A DNA stretch of 64,000 bases, from NCBI GenBank assembly GCA_943354005.1, contig CALRBE010000001.1, forward strand, positions 64,147 through 128,146. The letters run 5' to 3'. Below, piece after piece: positions 46,380 through 57,046 of the stretch. Made by a program: the position numbers and the translations under genes. Within the stretch, counting starts at the first letter, position 1. Each line of letters begins with the position of its first letter. The stretch comes from an uncultured Candidatus Saccharimonas sp. (lineage in GTDB: Bacteria; Patescibacteriota; Saccharimonadia; Saccharimonadales; AWTP1-31). The notes beneath the pieces are model-generated. The model searched no databases. It saw only the letters and a program-made list of their open reading frames with translations, and was not told the DNA's origin.

Positions 46380-47135
46380 TTACAGTGCTGTCAGGATTTC
46401 GAAACCTGTCTTTGTTATTAGTACAGTATGTTCAAAATGTGCGGCAAGGGTCTGATCGCTTGTCTTAATCGTCCATCCATCACTTTCGGTATAGACAGCA
46501 TGACCGCCCATAGTTGCCATTGGCTCGATGGCAATTGTCATTCCTTCTTTGAGTTTCATCCCTGTATTAGCGCGTCCATAATTGGGTATATTTGGGTCCT
46601 CATGTAGCTCATGCCCAACACCGTGACCTACAAGATCCCGTACAATACCTAACTTATGTTCTGTCAACACATCTTCTATGGCACTTGCAATTGTTCCAAC
46701 CTGAACACCATCTTTTAATGTATTTATGCCGGCAAGCAGTGATGCTTCGGTCGCATCAACCAGCTTTTGTTTAGGTGAGTTACTTCTTTCTCCAACAATA
46801 ACGCTAATTGCGGCGTCTGTAATCATACCGTCAACTTTGACTCCAAAATCGAGACTTACGATATCTCCATTGCTAATTATGCGATCTTTACTGGGAATCC
46901 CGTGTACAACTTCATCATTCAGAGAAATACAAATAACATCCGGGAAGCCGTAATAACCTAGGAAAGCTGGCTTTCCGCCAAGCGTCTTAAGTTTTTCTGC
47001 TGCCAGATCTGCGATTTCTTTTGTTGTCATACCGGTGCGAATAGTTTTTTTAAGATACGCAAGAACTGTTGCGAGTTGCTTACCGCTTTCACGCATTGAT
47101 TTTATTTCTGCCGGGGTTTTGACTCGTGTAAGCAT
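46380..47135 (-). CDS. map: methionine aminopeptidase, type I
   Basis: 251 aa. Metal ligands in conserved contexts (DIVSLDFG, DAA, GHGVG, IEP, EHT). Confidence 0.95.
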   Translation of the reverse strand: MLTRVKTPAEIKSMRESGKQLATVLAYLKKTIRTGMTTKEIADLAAEKLKTLGGKPAFLGYYGFPDVICISLNDEVVHGIPSKDRIISNGDIVSLDFGVKVDGMITDAAISVIVGERSNSPKQKLVDATEASLLAGINTLKDGVQVGTIASAIEDVLTEHKLGIVRDLVGHGVGHELHEDPNIPNYGRANTGMKLKEGMTIAIEPMATMGGHAVYTESDGWTIKTSDQTLAAHFEHTVLITKTGFEILTAL

Positions 47136-47140
47136 TGTAA

Positions 47141-47677
47141 TTAGGCCGACTTGACTGCGTTTATGATATCTTCGTGCACTTTTTTAACGTCTTGATTACC
47201 ATCTATTGTAAAGACTGGTACTAATGAACTTTTGAATTGTTCAAGAATTGGCTTCACGGTTTGATCATATTCAACGAAACGAGCAGATATTGAATCAACG
47301 ATGTCGTCGGGACGACCACGTGATAATAGTCGGTTTTTTGCTGTTTCTTTTGAAATCTCAATATGGATTACGGCTGTTCCATGTAGCTGTCCATGCTTTA
47401 TTTGGCCAATAAGCCAATCGGCTTGTGCGGCAGTTCTAGGAAAACCATCGATGATAAACTCTTCGTGAGAATTAATCACTGTAAACATTTTCTGTACCAA
47501 TGAAATAATGTCTTTATCGCTTAATAATTTTCCAGCTGTCATATCCTTTCGGCGCTCACCTGAGACTAACATGCGCAAGAATTCCCCAGTAGAAAGCCAT
47601 GGCAGAGCAAGATCATCTGCTAGCATTCGCCCCTGAACACTTTTTCCAGAGCCGGCTACTCCCATAAATACTATCAT
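47141..47677 (-). CDS. adk: adenylate kinase (short, lid-less type)
   Basis: 178 aa. P-loop GVAGSGKS, and DGFPRT. Confidence 0.82.
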   Translation of the reverse strand: MIVFMGVAGSGKSVQGRMLADDLALPWLSTGEFLRMLVSGERRKDMTAGKLLSDKDIISLVQKMFTVINSHEEFIIDGFPRTAAQADWLIGQIKHGQLHGTAVIHIEISKETAKNRLLSRGRPDDIVDSISARFVEYDQTVKPILEQFKSSLVPVFTIDGNQDVKKVHEDIINAVKSA

Positions 47678-48129
47678 TGTGCCAATTGGTCCTTTACTAG
47701 ACGAGCTATAAGCGCTCCGTCTGCGTTACCCTTACTTGCTGATTTAACTGCGCCAATAATTTGTCCCGTTTTTTGAGGAGTAGGATCGTCTATTTTTGCT
47801 ATCTCTACTTTTACAAGCTCTAATACTTTATCTTCAGAAAGCTGTTCTGGTAAATACGCTTCGATAATTGATTTTTCAGTAAGTTCAGATTCTGCTCGCT
47901 CCTTATTGCCACCCTGGATATACAAATCGGCACTTTCTTGTCTTTTTTTTGCCTCTTTTTGCATTATAGATGTAACGGTCTGCTCATCAAGTCCTTCATC
48001 CCTTTTACCCGCAGCTACTTCAGCATATAGAATACTGCTCTTAAGTCCGCGTAAGGTCGTGACGCGCTCTTTTTCTCCGGCTAACATTGCAGTTTTAATA
48101 TCGACTTCGATTGTTGCTTTAATGCTCAT
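47674..48129 (-). CDS. GatB/YqeY domain-containing protein
   Basis: 151 aa. Typical YqeY sequence (IKTAMLAGEKERVTTLRGLKSSI ... EAYLP). Confidence 0.85.
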   Translation of the reverse strand: MSIKATIEVDIKTAMLAGEKERVTTLRGLKSSILYAEVAAGKRDEGLDEQTVTSIMQKEAKKRQESADLYIQGGNKERAESELTEKSIIEAYLPEQLSEDKVLELVKVEIAKIDDPTPQKTGQIIGAVKSASKGNADGALIARLVKDQLAQ

Positions 48130-48244
48130 ATAAATCTAGTGTACCACGCTCTTAAATTATCAGACACTGAGTCTGTAAAACCTATTAATAATTACTGCTA
48201 GACCAATCCTAGATGAGGTCGACACAGAATACGTTAATACTTAT

Positions 48245-48460
48245 TTAGCGAATACCAAGTTTGAGCTTATTGACTTTAATAGCTTTGCGTTCACGGCGAA
48301 CTATAGCTTTTTTGCGTCGCTCTACTTTACTTATTGGCTTTTCGAAGTGCTGTGCTTGCTTAGCAATTGCCAATACGCCTGACTGCTGTACTTTGCGGTT
48401 AAAGCGTCGGAGTAGGTTCTCAAAGGATTCTTTTGAATCTTTACGTGTTACTTGAATCAT
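48245..48460 (-). CDS. rpsU: 30S ribosomal protein S21
   Basis: 71 aa, basic, with ESFENLLRRFNRKV. Confidence 0.93.
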   Translation of the reverse strand: MIQVTRKDSKESFENLLRRFNRKVQQSGVLAIAKQAQHFEKPISKVERRKKAIVRRERKAIKVNKLKLGIR

Positions 48461-48512
48461 AGTTTAAAATTATACTCTAACAGAGAGAATACTGCAAGCA
48501 GATCTTTTGATA

Positions 48513-48800
48513 TTACACATTTGTCTTTTTTTGGTTGAGTCTTTGAGACTTTAGGACAATGCTTTGCAGTTCTTTAAAAATGGCAAATTGTTTATTTGTA
48601 TGATAGATCTTTGTATTGCCTTGTTTCTCAGAAATAAGGAAACCGATTTTTTCTAATCTTTTAAGTTCACGCTGGATATTACCCGCATCTTCTTTAATCA
48701 ACTTAGCTAGACCCCGAACATGGGTCTTAAAATCGGGATACTTCGCGTATACAACGATTATCTTTCGGCGAACTCTTGAGGTTATAAATACATCTAACAT
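48513..48800 (-). CDS. small winged-helix transcriptional regulator (ArsR/MarR-like)
   Basis: 95 aa. HTH-like segment GLAKLIKEDAGNIQRELKRLEKIGFL. Divergent from priA. Confidence 0.6.
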   Translation of the reverse strand: MLDVFITSRVRRKIIVVYAKYPDFKTHVRGLAKLIKEDAGNIQRELKRLEKIGFLISEKQGNTKIYHTNKQFAIFKELQSIVLKSQRLNQKKTNV

Positions 48801-48897
48801 AAGCTTTTTTATTGTTATTAGAACAACGTATTACAAAGTATATATGCACTTTTAGTAGATTTCAAGTTCTATATTTTTTTATAGCTATACTGTAGAT

Positions 48898-50838
48898 ATG
48901 TATTTCTACGAAGTAGCCGTAACCACAAATACTTATCACGGTAAGGAATTACTGACGTATAGTAGCAATGACCAATTAAAGATTGGTAATATAGTTCTCG
49001 TTCCTGTGCGGTCTAAGGATAGTTCTGCTGTCGTTATCAAAGAGGTCAAAAAGCCAGCGTTTAATACTAAGGGTGTTATCCGCGTATTAACAGAACGGCC
49101 TATTCCAAAAGACAGCATAGCCTTCATGCGTTGGTTACAAGGCTATTATCCTTCAACACTGAGTGTCGCTGCATCTCAAATTATCAGCACAAACTTATCT
49201 CTAAAAAAAGATAATCAAGCTGTCACTTTTGAGCCGCATTCTCAAAAAATAGTTGAGGCGCCTAAGCTAACACAAGAACAACAACAGGCTTATAACGAAA
49301 TGGTGCGTGGCGAAAAATCGAGTTTTATTCTTCATGGTGATACCGGTACGGGTAAAACAAGAGTCTATATTGAACTCGCCAAAAAAGTACTTGGAGATGG
49401 TAAAAACGTTATTATACTAACACCTGAAATAGGACTGACGTCACAATTAGCTTCTAGCATTAAAAGCCATCTAGCTAATAATGTTATCGTACTACATTCA
49501 AATTTAACTCCTCGAGAGCGCCGCATAATATGGCTAGGTTGTTTATATTCTGATAAGCCTATTATTATTATAGGTCCTCGTTCTGCCCTTTTTGCACCAC
49601 TGTCAAATATTGGCCTAGTCGTCATAGATGAATTTCATGATGCTGCCTATAAACAAGAGCAGGCGCCTTATTATAATGCTCTACGTGTTGCTGCTTCGCT
49701 CGCTAACATTCATCATGCTCTACTAGTTTACGGATCTGCTACGCCACCAGTTACTGAATACTACTTTGCAGAGAGAAAGCTGATCCCAATTCTAAGGATG
49801 CAGAAGACTGCAAAGAACCAAACTACCAAGACCGAGACAAAAATAGTCAATGCTAGAGATAGAACACTTTACGTTAAAGATCCTTTCCTTTCTGATACCC
49901 TGCTTGCAACAATTAAAAATGCCTTAGCAAATAAAGAACAGTCTCTTGTATTTCTGAATAGGAGAGGTACAGCCCGGATTGTTATGTGTCAGGATTGTGA
50001 TTGGCAGGCATTGTGTCCAAGATGTGACCTTCCGCTTACATATCATGGTGATTCGCATAGTATTAGATGTCACACCTGTGGTTATAAAGATAAGACTCCT
50101 CTAAGCTGTCCCGAATGTAATAGTAACGAAATACTATTTAAAAGCATTGGTACTAAATCAATCGAGCAGCAACTTAAAAAAATATTTCCAGATGCGCGAG
50201 TTCAGAGATTTGATACTGACAATACTAAGGCTGAGGCTTTTGCTCAGCATTATAACAATGTCGTTAAAGGTAACGTCGATATTTTAGTTGGAACACAGCT
50301 TCTCGTAAAAGGCCTCGACCTTCCAAAGTTAAGTGTTGTTGGTGTTGTTGCGGCAGATAGTAGCCTTTATTTCCCTGACTATACTGCAGAAGAGCAAACC
50401 TATCAGATTCTTTCCCAGGTTATTGGGAGAGTGGCCCGTGGGCATAGATCTGGTACGGTCATCGTTCAAACCTATAATCCAGATGGTGCGGCCCAAAAAG
50501 CAGCTTTAACAAAAAATTGGGATGTATTTTATAAACAGCAACTGAAAGAACGTAGCGAATTCTTATTTCCACCATTTTGCTTTATTCTAAAGATTTCCTG
50601 TTCAAGAAAGTCTCAGAATGCAGCTATGGAAGCGATCCTAAAAACTAAGCGGATCATAGAAGGGCTTGCAGTTAAAGCAGCAATCATTGGCCCGGCTCCT
50701 CGCTTTAATGAACGTGCCCAGGGTATGTACCAATGGCAGCTTATTGTGAAATCAAAGAGTCGCATTGATTTATTGAGTATTATAGAACGCTTACCGGCAA
50801 ATACGCATTATGACATTGACCCCTCTAATCTGTTATAA
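48898..50838 (+). CDS. priA: primosomal protein N' (PriA helicase)
   Basis: 646 aa. Walker A GDTGTGKT, DEFH box, and a four-CxxC zinc-binding insertion (CQDC..CPRC..CHTC..CPEC). TATACT-N6-ATG at 48886-48900. Confidence 0.93.
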   Translation: MYFYEVAVTTNTYHGKELLTYSSNDQLKIGNIVLVPVRSKDSSAVVIKEVKKPAFNTKGVIRVLTERPIPKDSIAFMRWLQGYYPSTLSVAASQIISTNLSLKKDNQAVTFEPHSQKIVEAPKLTQEQQQAYNEMVRGEKSSFILHGDTGTGKTRVYIELAKKVLGDGKNVIILTPEIGLTSQLASSIKSHLANNVIVLHSNLTPRERRIIWLGCLYSDKPIIIIGPRSALFAPLSNIGLVVIDEFHDAAYKQEQAPYYNALRVAASLANIHHALLVYGSATPPVTEYYFAERKLIPILRMQKTAKNQTTKTETKIVNARDRTLYVKDPFLSDTLLATIKNALANKEQSLVFLNRRGTARIVMCQDCDWQALCPRCDLPLTYHGDSHSIRCHTCGYKDKTPLSCPECNSNEILFKSIGTKSIEQQLKKIFPDARVQRFDTDNTKAEAFAQHYNNVVKGNVDILVGTQLLVKGLDLPKLSVVGVVAADSSLYFPDYTAEEQTYQILSQVIGRVARGHRSGTVIVQTYNPDGAAQKAALTKNWDVFYKQQLKERSEFLFPPFCFILKISCSRKSQNAAMEAILKTKRIIEGLAVKAAIIGPAPRFNERAQGMYQWQLIVKSKSRIDLLSIIERLPANTHYDIDPSNLL

Positions 50839-50850
50839 TACTTATAAGCT

Positions 50851-51432
50851 ATGTCTAAAGTTAACAAAGATTCTATAATCACACTACCGAATTTGCACCT
50901 TCGTCAAAGGTCAAAAAAAGTCGGTATTATTAATGATGATATTAAAAAAATTATCGACGACATGGAGCTTGCTGTAATCGATTGGGACAAGAGTCGAGCG
51001 CACGAAGTCACTGTAGCTTTGGCCGCAGTGCAGATTGATAGCCTACTTAGACTAGTAATTATTCGAGATGATTTCGATCATGGCACACCGGCTAAATATA
51101 CTGCTTTGATAAATCCTGAAATCATGAAATATGAAGGTGAAATTGAATATGATTATGAAGGCTGCCTCAGCATAAGGTCAGTATATGGGTATGTACCTAG
51201 GCACTCAAAAATACGCGTTAAGGCTCGTGATTTAGATGGTAAAGAGATTCGTTTGAATGCAACTGGCTTCTTAAGCAGAGTTATCCAACATGAGGTTGAC
51301 CATACGAATGGTAAACTTTTTGTTGACCATATAAAACATGCGGAAGATGCTTTTTATAAACTAACTAATAAGGGTGATCTGGTTGAATTAGATTATGAAA
51401 AAGATATCAAAAACAGTCGTATTCTTTGGTAG
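50851..51432 (+). CDS. def: peptide deformylase
   Basis: 193 aa. Motifs VALAAVQ, EGCLS and HEVDH. Confidence 0.93.
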   Translation: MSKVNKDSIITLPNLHLRQRSKKVGIINDDIKKIIDDMELAVIDWDKSRAHEVTVALAAVQIDSLLRLVIIRDDFDHGTPAKYTALINPEIMKYEGEIEYDYEGCLSIRSVYGYVPRHSKIRVKARDLDGKEIRLNATGFLSRVIQHEVDHTNGKLFVDHIKHAEDAFYKLTNKGDLVELDYEKDIKNSRILW

Positions 51433-52309
51433 CGGACCTGTTGCCGCCGAAAGCTTAAAAAGACTCAATGAAGACTTTACGATTGAGGCCGTCATTACAA
51501 AGCCTAAGGCTCCTCACCATAAAGGCCCGGTTCCTGTCGTAGAACTAGCAGAATCCCTTGGTCTTGATATATACACTGCGGATTCAAAAACTGCCCTCGA
51601 CAGCATCTTTGATGCCCAACATTTTAATAGTGACGTGGCAATACTAATAGATTTTGGCATCATCGTTTCAAGGAAAGTCATAGACTACTTTAGCCTCGGA
51701 ATTATAAATAGTCATTTTTCAATTTTACCCGAGTGGAGAGGTGCTGATCCAATCACCTTTGCACTACTCTCAGGCCAGGAGAAAACAGGAGTTAGTCTTA
51801 TGATTCTAGTCGAAAAAATGGATGAAGGACCACTGTTACATTTTGAAGAGGTTGGAATACCTAGTTCGTATGATAATCCCCAATTAACTCAAGCTCTTAT
51901 CGAGTGCAGTAACTCATTATTAAGCCAGGTTATGCCTAAGTATATTAAAGGTGATATTAAACCATTCACCCAAGCTAAAACCGGGAGAAAAGTCTCTTAC
52001 TCAAGGAAAATATCTACACTGGACTCAAGACTTGATTTCACTAAAACCGCTGAAACTCTAGAAAGAGAAATCAGAGCCTACATCGGGTGGCCTGGCAGCA
52101 AAATAGAGTTAAAAGATAAAAATATAATCATCACTAAAGCACATATAACAAATGAATACGTTAAGCCAGGAAATTTTGAAATCCAAAATAAAAATGTACT
52201 TCTAGTAGGTACAAGTTCTACAGCATTATCAATAGACGAACTAAAACCAGCCGGAAAAAATAATATGGATGCTAGATCATTCCTTGCAGGAAATACGCAT
52301 CTACTATAA
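51395..52309 (+). CDS. fmt: methionyl-tRNA formyltransferase
   Basis: 304 aa. Formyltransferase core (INSHFSILPEWRGADP). Follows def. Confidence 0.93.
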   Translation: MKKISKTVVFFGSGPVAAESLKRLNEDFTIEAVITKPKAPHHKGPVPVVELAESLGLDIYTADSKTALDSIFDAQHFNSDVAILIDFGIIVSRKVIDYFSLGIINSHFSILPEWRGADPITFALLSGQEKTGVSLMILVEKMDEGPLLHFEEVGIPSSYDNPQLTQALIECSNSLLSQVMPKYIKGDIKPFTQAKTGRKVSYSRKISTLDSRLDFTKTAETLEREIRAYIGWPGSKIELKDKNIIITKAHITNEYVKPGNFEIQNKNVLLVGTSSTALSIDELKPAGKNNMDARSFLAGNTHLL

Positions 52310-52314
52310 TACCT

Positions 52315-52638
52315 TTAAGCAACAGTGTTTTGAGAAGCTGCGATAATTTGTGGGGCTGTTGTTTTAATCTCGCCTTTTAGCGTATCGAGCTCTACTGCAA
52401 CAACATTCTTGTAATCCGGAAAATTAGATTCGAGCCATTTCAAAGCACCAGTGTCGTCGCTCTTATCAATAAAACCTTCGAATGTTTCGAGCTGTTCATC
52501 ACTCATTTTTTGTGCAAGCTTCATTCCAACACGCATCTCTAATGTCTCATAAATATGGTTAAGCATTCTATTCTTTTCTTCAGAGGGCAGCGCACCTAGC
52601 CCTAATTCTATAAGTAAATTATTATCGAGTTTAAACAT
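52315..52638 (-). CDS. small acidic hypothetical protein
   Basis: 107 aa. No motif I can name with confidence. Downstream of the 437-aa tail-anchored protein. Confidence 0.5.
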   Translation of the reverse strand: MFKLDNNLLIELGLGALPSEEKNRMLNHIYETLEMRVGMKLAQKMSDEQLETFEGFIDKSDDTGALKWLESNFPDYKNVVAVELDTLKGEIKTTAPQIIAASQNTVA

Positions 52639-52685
52639 TCCTTATTACTCCTCATTTTGTATAGTAATATTCTAACAGAAAATCG

Positions 52686-53999
52686 CTAGAAAAGAGTATG
52701 TATTGCTAGAAAAATAAGGGCCCCGACTATTGCGCCCAATGCACCTGCCGATGCAGCGTGACTTGAGGCTCCAGATTTTTGCATCTCACGAACAGCACGT
52801 GTAAGAGTAGTCTTGCCTTTATTATTTAGTTCACTTTGACTTTTACCGATGCTCAATTCCATGTTCTTACGTTCAATTTCGGATAAAGGTATAAATTTTG
52901 TATTCACACTGCTTCCTGGCTCATCTTTTACTTCATGCCGCCGTTCAAAAGCAAATTCATTAGTAATCGTGCTCTTTTTTAATTCATTGACCTTTTTTAG
53001 GGTTTTATCAAATGAAGAGAGACGGTCAATCTCTTTACGACTTTCCATGATTAAGGCCTCTCTCATGTCTTGCTCTTGTTGATGAGCTTCTGATACTTTT
53101 ATCATTTTTTCAGTACTTAGTTTAGGATCTACTTCTTTTTTAACGTTGTGTTTCTTACTTTCATTTATTGATTCAATCTGTTTACTTTGTGTAGGAGTCT
53201 CTCTTTCGATAGACTTCTTTAATATATAATGTTGTTTTTCTGACTCTACTATTTTAGACTCTAGATCCTTACGAAGCTCTTCTTGTTTCCTATTTTGGAC
53301 CTTTATCTCTTTATCGTGTATTTTTTTAATGTGCTTTTTTTGTTCTTTCTTTTCAAAGTACTTATCGGAAAAACTGGGTGCCTTGGGACTTATTTTAGCT
53401 TCCTGAATATATTGAGGGCTACTATTGGATTCCTGCACTGCAACTGGCCTTACAGCATTAGCGTCAATTGTGTGAATAAATTCATTATTCATTGTCGATC
53501 TTCGGAGAATAGCTAATACACTTTCGGGGTCTTTTGATGCTACAGTATCTTCCACTTTTTTTTCTGCAGATAATACTTTTTCTTTTTTTGGTTCTATTGC
53601 TTCGTTATCGTCGGGCGCTTCAATGTCATTAATCTGATCGTCAATGTTAACTTCATATATATGCGGGGCCTCCGCATTTAGCGACGGCTCTTTAGCCGGC
53701 GAATCACTCCTAACTGTTTCAAGGACTGGCAGAAACGGTCTCATTCTTTTTCTTAAACGTAAAAATCGTTTTTGGTATCTTTTTACATTTTCGCTACTAT
53801 CTTTGTATTCACTTGAAGTTTCATCATCTTCATCGTCTTCTTCATCTTCATCGGATTCCTTACCACTCATAAGGTATTCGGATTTTCTCATTCTTAATCT
53901 GCGCCATATTCTACTATATGAATCACTAGTAGGTTGTTCAATATCCGGATGTGGCAGGATACCTTCTTCATTGTCGTTATTTCGTGGAGCGTCTTCCAT
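52686..53999 (-). CDS. tail-anchored, highly charged low-complexity/coiled-coil protein
   Basis: 437 aa. Acidic runs (DEDEEDDEDDE), long K/E-rich helical stretches, and a single C-terminal TM (GALGAIVGALIFLAIHTLF). No enzymatic motif. Confidence 0.6.
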   Translation of the reverse strand: MEDAPRNNDNEEGILPHPDIEQPTSDSYSRIWRRLRMRKSEYLMSGKESDEDEEDDEDDETSSEYKDSSENVKRYQKRFLRLRKRMRPFLPVLETVRSDSPAKEPSLNAEAPHIYEVNIDDQINDIEAPDDNEAIEPKKEKVLSAEKKVEDTVASKDPESVLAILRRSTMNNEFIHTIDANAVRPVAVQESNSSPQYIQEAKISPKAPSFSDKYFEKKEQKKHIKKIHDKEIKVQNRKQEELRKDLESKIVESEKQHYILKKSIERETPTQSKQIESINESKKHNVKKEVDPKLSTEKMIKVSEAHQQEQDMREALIMESRKEIDRLSSFDKTLKKVNELKKSTITNEFAFERRHEVKDEPGSSVNTKFIPLSEIERKNMELSIGKSQSELNNKGKTTLTRAVREMQKSGASSHAASAGALGAIVGALIFLAIHTLF

Positions 54000-54010
54000 G
54001 AGAATTTTCC

Positions 54011-55774
54011 TTAGAGCTGTCTTGCTACACTCTCTCGCGTAAAGAAGGTAATCGTATCATCCTCTTGTAAATCTATACGTTGACTAGTGATAACTGTCAT
54101 TCCGCACATCTCACCCTCAAATACCTCTTTAGTGTCTTGAGGGCCGCGTCTCAGGTTAGTAACCTCTACTTCACCGAGATCTTCTTTTCCTCTAGTTATT
54201 TTTGCAAGCGATGGAGCCGTTAGTTTGCCTGACTTTACTTCTCCACCACAAATTACTTCTGTTTTAGAAGTTTTAAATATACCCTTTACTGTCAGCTTGC
54301 CCGTTTCTTTTTCAACAATTTCAGGAGCTAGAAGTTTTGTAAGTTCTTTACTTACGTCATCTATCAATTCATATATTATGCTATACAATCGAACGCTTAC
54401 TTTATCTCGAGAAACAAGGCGTTTTATGTCGGTTGGAAGTTCAACGTTAAAGCCGTATACGGTAGCCCCTGAAGTATGTGCAAGATGGGCATCACTTTCG
54501 TTTACTGACCCGATTCCGCTACTAACTATCCTAACGACAACTTCTTCATTATCAAGACTTTTAATACTATCGATTACTGAAGTCAATGAACCCTGGACGT
54601 CTGCCTTTATAATTACTGGAAATTCGGTTATTTGGTTAGACCTGTTAATGAGTCTGATTAGTTCACCACTACCAATATCTTGATTACTTCCGTCTTCTTT
54701 TCTTTGACGACCTACAGTTTGAGCCTTAGATCGTGCCGTTTTCTCATCTTTAACAATTTCAAACTCATCACCAAATTGTGGCAGCAGCTTAAAGCCAGTA
54801 ATAATTACAGGTGTTGATGGGAGGGCCTCAACAAGAGGTTTACCTGTAGTAGATTCAAGATTACGAATCTTTGCATATGTATTACCTGCAACTATATAAT
54901 CCCCGCTCTTAATGGTACCTTCGTCTATCAGGCAAATTGCGACTGGTCCACGTCCTTTTTCCATGTGGGCTTCAATAATAAGTCCAGTTGCCGGTACATT
55001 TACATCAGCCTTTAATTCTTCAACATCAGCAACTAGCAAGACCATGTCGAGCAGTTCAGGTATGCCTACCTTTGTTTTTGCGGATACCTCAACAACTACA
55101 GTATCTCCTCCCCATTCTTCAACAAGTAAATCTTGTTCGGCTAGTTGTTGTTTGAGCTGAGGAACATTTGCACCTTCTTTGTCTATTTTGTTAATAGCAA
55201 CAATAATCTTTACGCCTGCTTTTCTTGCGAAACGTATTGCCTCAATAGTCTGAGGTTTAACTCCGTCATCTGCTGCAACTACAATAATAACTAGATCAGT
55301 TAGTAGTGCTCCGTGTTCTCGCAAGGCTGCAAATGCCTCGTGACCAGGTGTGTCAAGAAAGGTAATTTGTCGATCTTTATGAGAGATTTGATATGCAGAT
55401 ATATGCTGAGTAATGCCACCGGCTTCACCTTTTGCGATGTCCGCTTCTCTAATTGCATCAAGAAGGCTTGTCTTTCCATGGTCAACGTGTCCCATTACAG
55501 CGACTACAGGAGGTCGGTTTTCACCCTTTTGGTTTGCCTTACGCTTTTCGCGCACCACTAAATCAATTACTTCTTTTTTCTTTGTAAGTTCAATGTCTAG
55601 GCCAAGTTCACCTACGAGAATTTGAGCAGTATCAAAATCAATCCGCTCATTTACGGTAGCAAGAACGCCGTTTTTCATTAGCTCACCAATGAGCTTTGAA
55701 ACTGGCAGCATAAGTTTTTCAGCAAGAGCGCCTACGGTGATTTGTTCTTCTACTTCAATGATTCTCTCTGCCAT
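54011..55774 (-). CDS. infB: translation initiation factor IF-2 (short N-terminus)
   Basis: 587 aa with GTPase motifs GHVDHGKT, DTPGH and NKID. Confidence 0.95.
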   Translation of the reverse strand: MAERIIEVEEQITVGALAEKLMLPVSKLIGELMKNGVLATVNERIDFDTAQILVGELGLDIELTKKKEVIDLVVREKRKANQKGENRPPVVAVMGHVDHGKTSLLDAIREADIAKGEAGGITQHISAYQISHKDRQITFLDTPGHEAFAALREHGALLTDLVIIVVAADDGVKPQTIEAIRFARKAGVKIIVAINKIDKEGANVPQLKQQLAEQDLLVEEWGGDTVVVEVSAKTKVGIPELLDMVLLVADVEELKADVNVPATGLIIEAHMEKGRGPVAICLIDEGTIKSGDYIVAGNTYAKIRNLESTTGKPLVEALPSTPVIITGFKLLPQFGDEFEIVKDEKTARSKAQTVGRQRKEDGSNQDIGSGELIRLINRSNQITEFPVIIKADVQGSLTSVIDSIKSLDNEEVVVRIVSSGIGSVNESDAHLAHTSGATVYGFNVELPTDIKRLVSRDKVSVRLYSIIYELIDDVSKELTKLLAPEIVEKETGKLTVKGIFKTSKTEVICGGEVKSGKLTAPSLAKITRGKEDLGEVEVTNLRRGPQDTKEVFEGEMCGMTVITSQRIDLQEDDTITFFTRESVARQL

Positions 55775-55817
55775 TTTGCGATCCTATCTTATGCTACTGC
55801 CCGATACAGCTGCCCTT

Positions 55818-56894
55818 TTATTTATTTTCCTTGAGACTTAGTGCAATTTTACGTGCGTCTGTATCAATATCAATGACTTTGAATTGTTTCTTTTCATTTA
55901 GCTGGAAGATTTTTTCAGGATCGGCGCTATCGTCGTCACTCATTTCAGAGACGTGTACAAGTGCTTCAACTGAGGGACTAAGCTGTACGAATGCACCAAA
56001 TGGTGTAATCCGAGTAACTTTTCCTTCAACTGATGAACCTTTAGTAAAAGCTTTTACTTCTTGTAACCATGGGTCCTCAGTCATTTGTTTCATACTCAAA
56101 GATAGTCGATCCTTATCGATAGCAATAATCTTTGCTTTAATGTCTTGGCCGTTCTTCACGTATTTACGTGGATCTTCAACGCGTTCCCAAGATATTTCAG
56201 AAATATGCACAAGACCTTCGATACCATCGACATTAACGAATGCACCAAAATCGATAACTCCAGTAACGACACCTTCGACTTCGTCTCCAACTTTTAATTC
56301 AGAGAAACGTGATTGCATATCATCTTTAATAGCTTCTTTTTCGGAAAAGATTAGCTTATTGTCTTTACGGCTAACATCTAAGACGCGGACTCTAAGTACC
56401 TGCCCAATTAGAGCATTAAGCTTTTGTAAGATTTCATCTTTATCGGCACCTGAAACGCGAGGGTAATGTCCTGCTGCAAGTTGTGAAACTGGCAAGAAGC
56501 CACGAATACCTTCAAGCTCAACAAGTAGTCCACCGCGATTAGCGTCATAAGGACTGATCTCAATAATTTCTTGATCCTCGAACGCACGCTGTAGTTCATC
56601 CCATCCGCGATCCTTAACTGCACGCTTCATGCTAAGTAAAGCATATCCTTCGTCCATTTCTGGGTCTACAACACTAGTTGTAACCTTTTCACCAACTTCT
56701 AGTTTTTGACCAAAACCAATTTCTCGACGCATAACTACGCCGACGCCATTTGCGCCTAAGTCGAGCCATACCTCGTGTTTACGTACTGAAGTGATAGCCC
56801 CGTCGACTACGTCTCCAACTTTTAATTGTTTTATGTCACTAGATGCAAGTAAGTCATCCATTGTGAGTGTATTGTTTTTTGACATGAATTTCAT
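55818..56894 (-). CDS. rpsA: 30S ribosomal protein S1 (four S1 domains)
   Basis: 358 aa. Four repeats of the S1 OB-fold pattern (G..V.G.V......GAFV......G..H.SE). The start may be the MSKNN 3 codons in. Confidence 0.9.
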   Translation of the reverse strand: MKFMSKNNTLTMDDLLASSDIKQLKVGDVVDGAITSVRKHEVWLDLGANGVGVVMRREIGFGQKLEVGEKVTTSVVDPEMDEGYALLSMKRAVKDRGWDELQRAFEDQEIIEISPYDANRGGLLVELEGIRGFLPVSQLAAGHYPRVSGADKDEILQKLNALIGQVLRVRVLDVSRKDNKLIFSEKEAIKDDMQSRFSELKVGDEVEGVVTGVIDFGAFVNVDGIEGLVHISEISWERVEDPRKYVKNGQDIKAKIIAIDKDRLSLSMKQMTEDPWLQEVKAFTKGSSVEGKVTRITPFGAFVQLSPSVEALVHVSEMSDDDSADPEKIFQLNEKKQFKVIDIDTDARKIALSLKENK

Positions 56895-57046
56895 GCCTCC
56901 TTATATACTGCGGCAACTCGTAAGCTGTTATTCCGATCAGATTTACTTATATTATACTCTTTTTCTTCTCTGTAATCAAGATGTTAGACGGCACAGTAAT
57001 CTGCATAAGCCTTTTTTGATATCACTTTCTGGCCTATACTATTATT

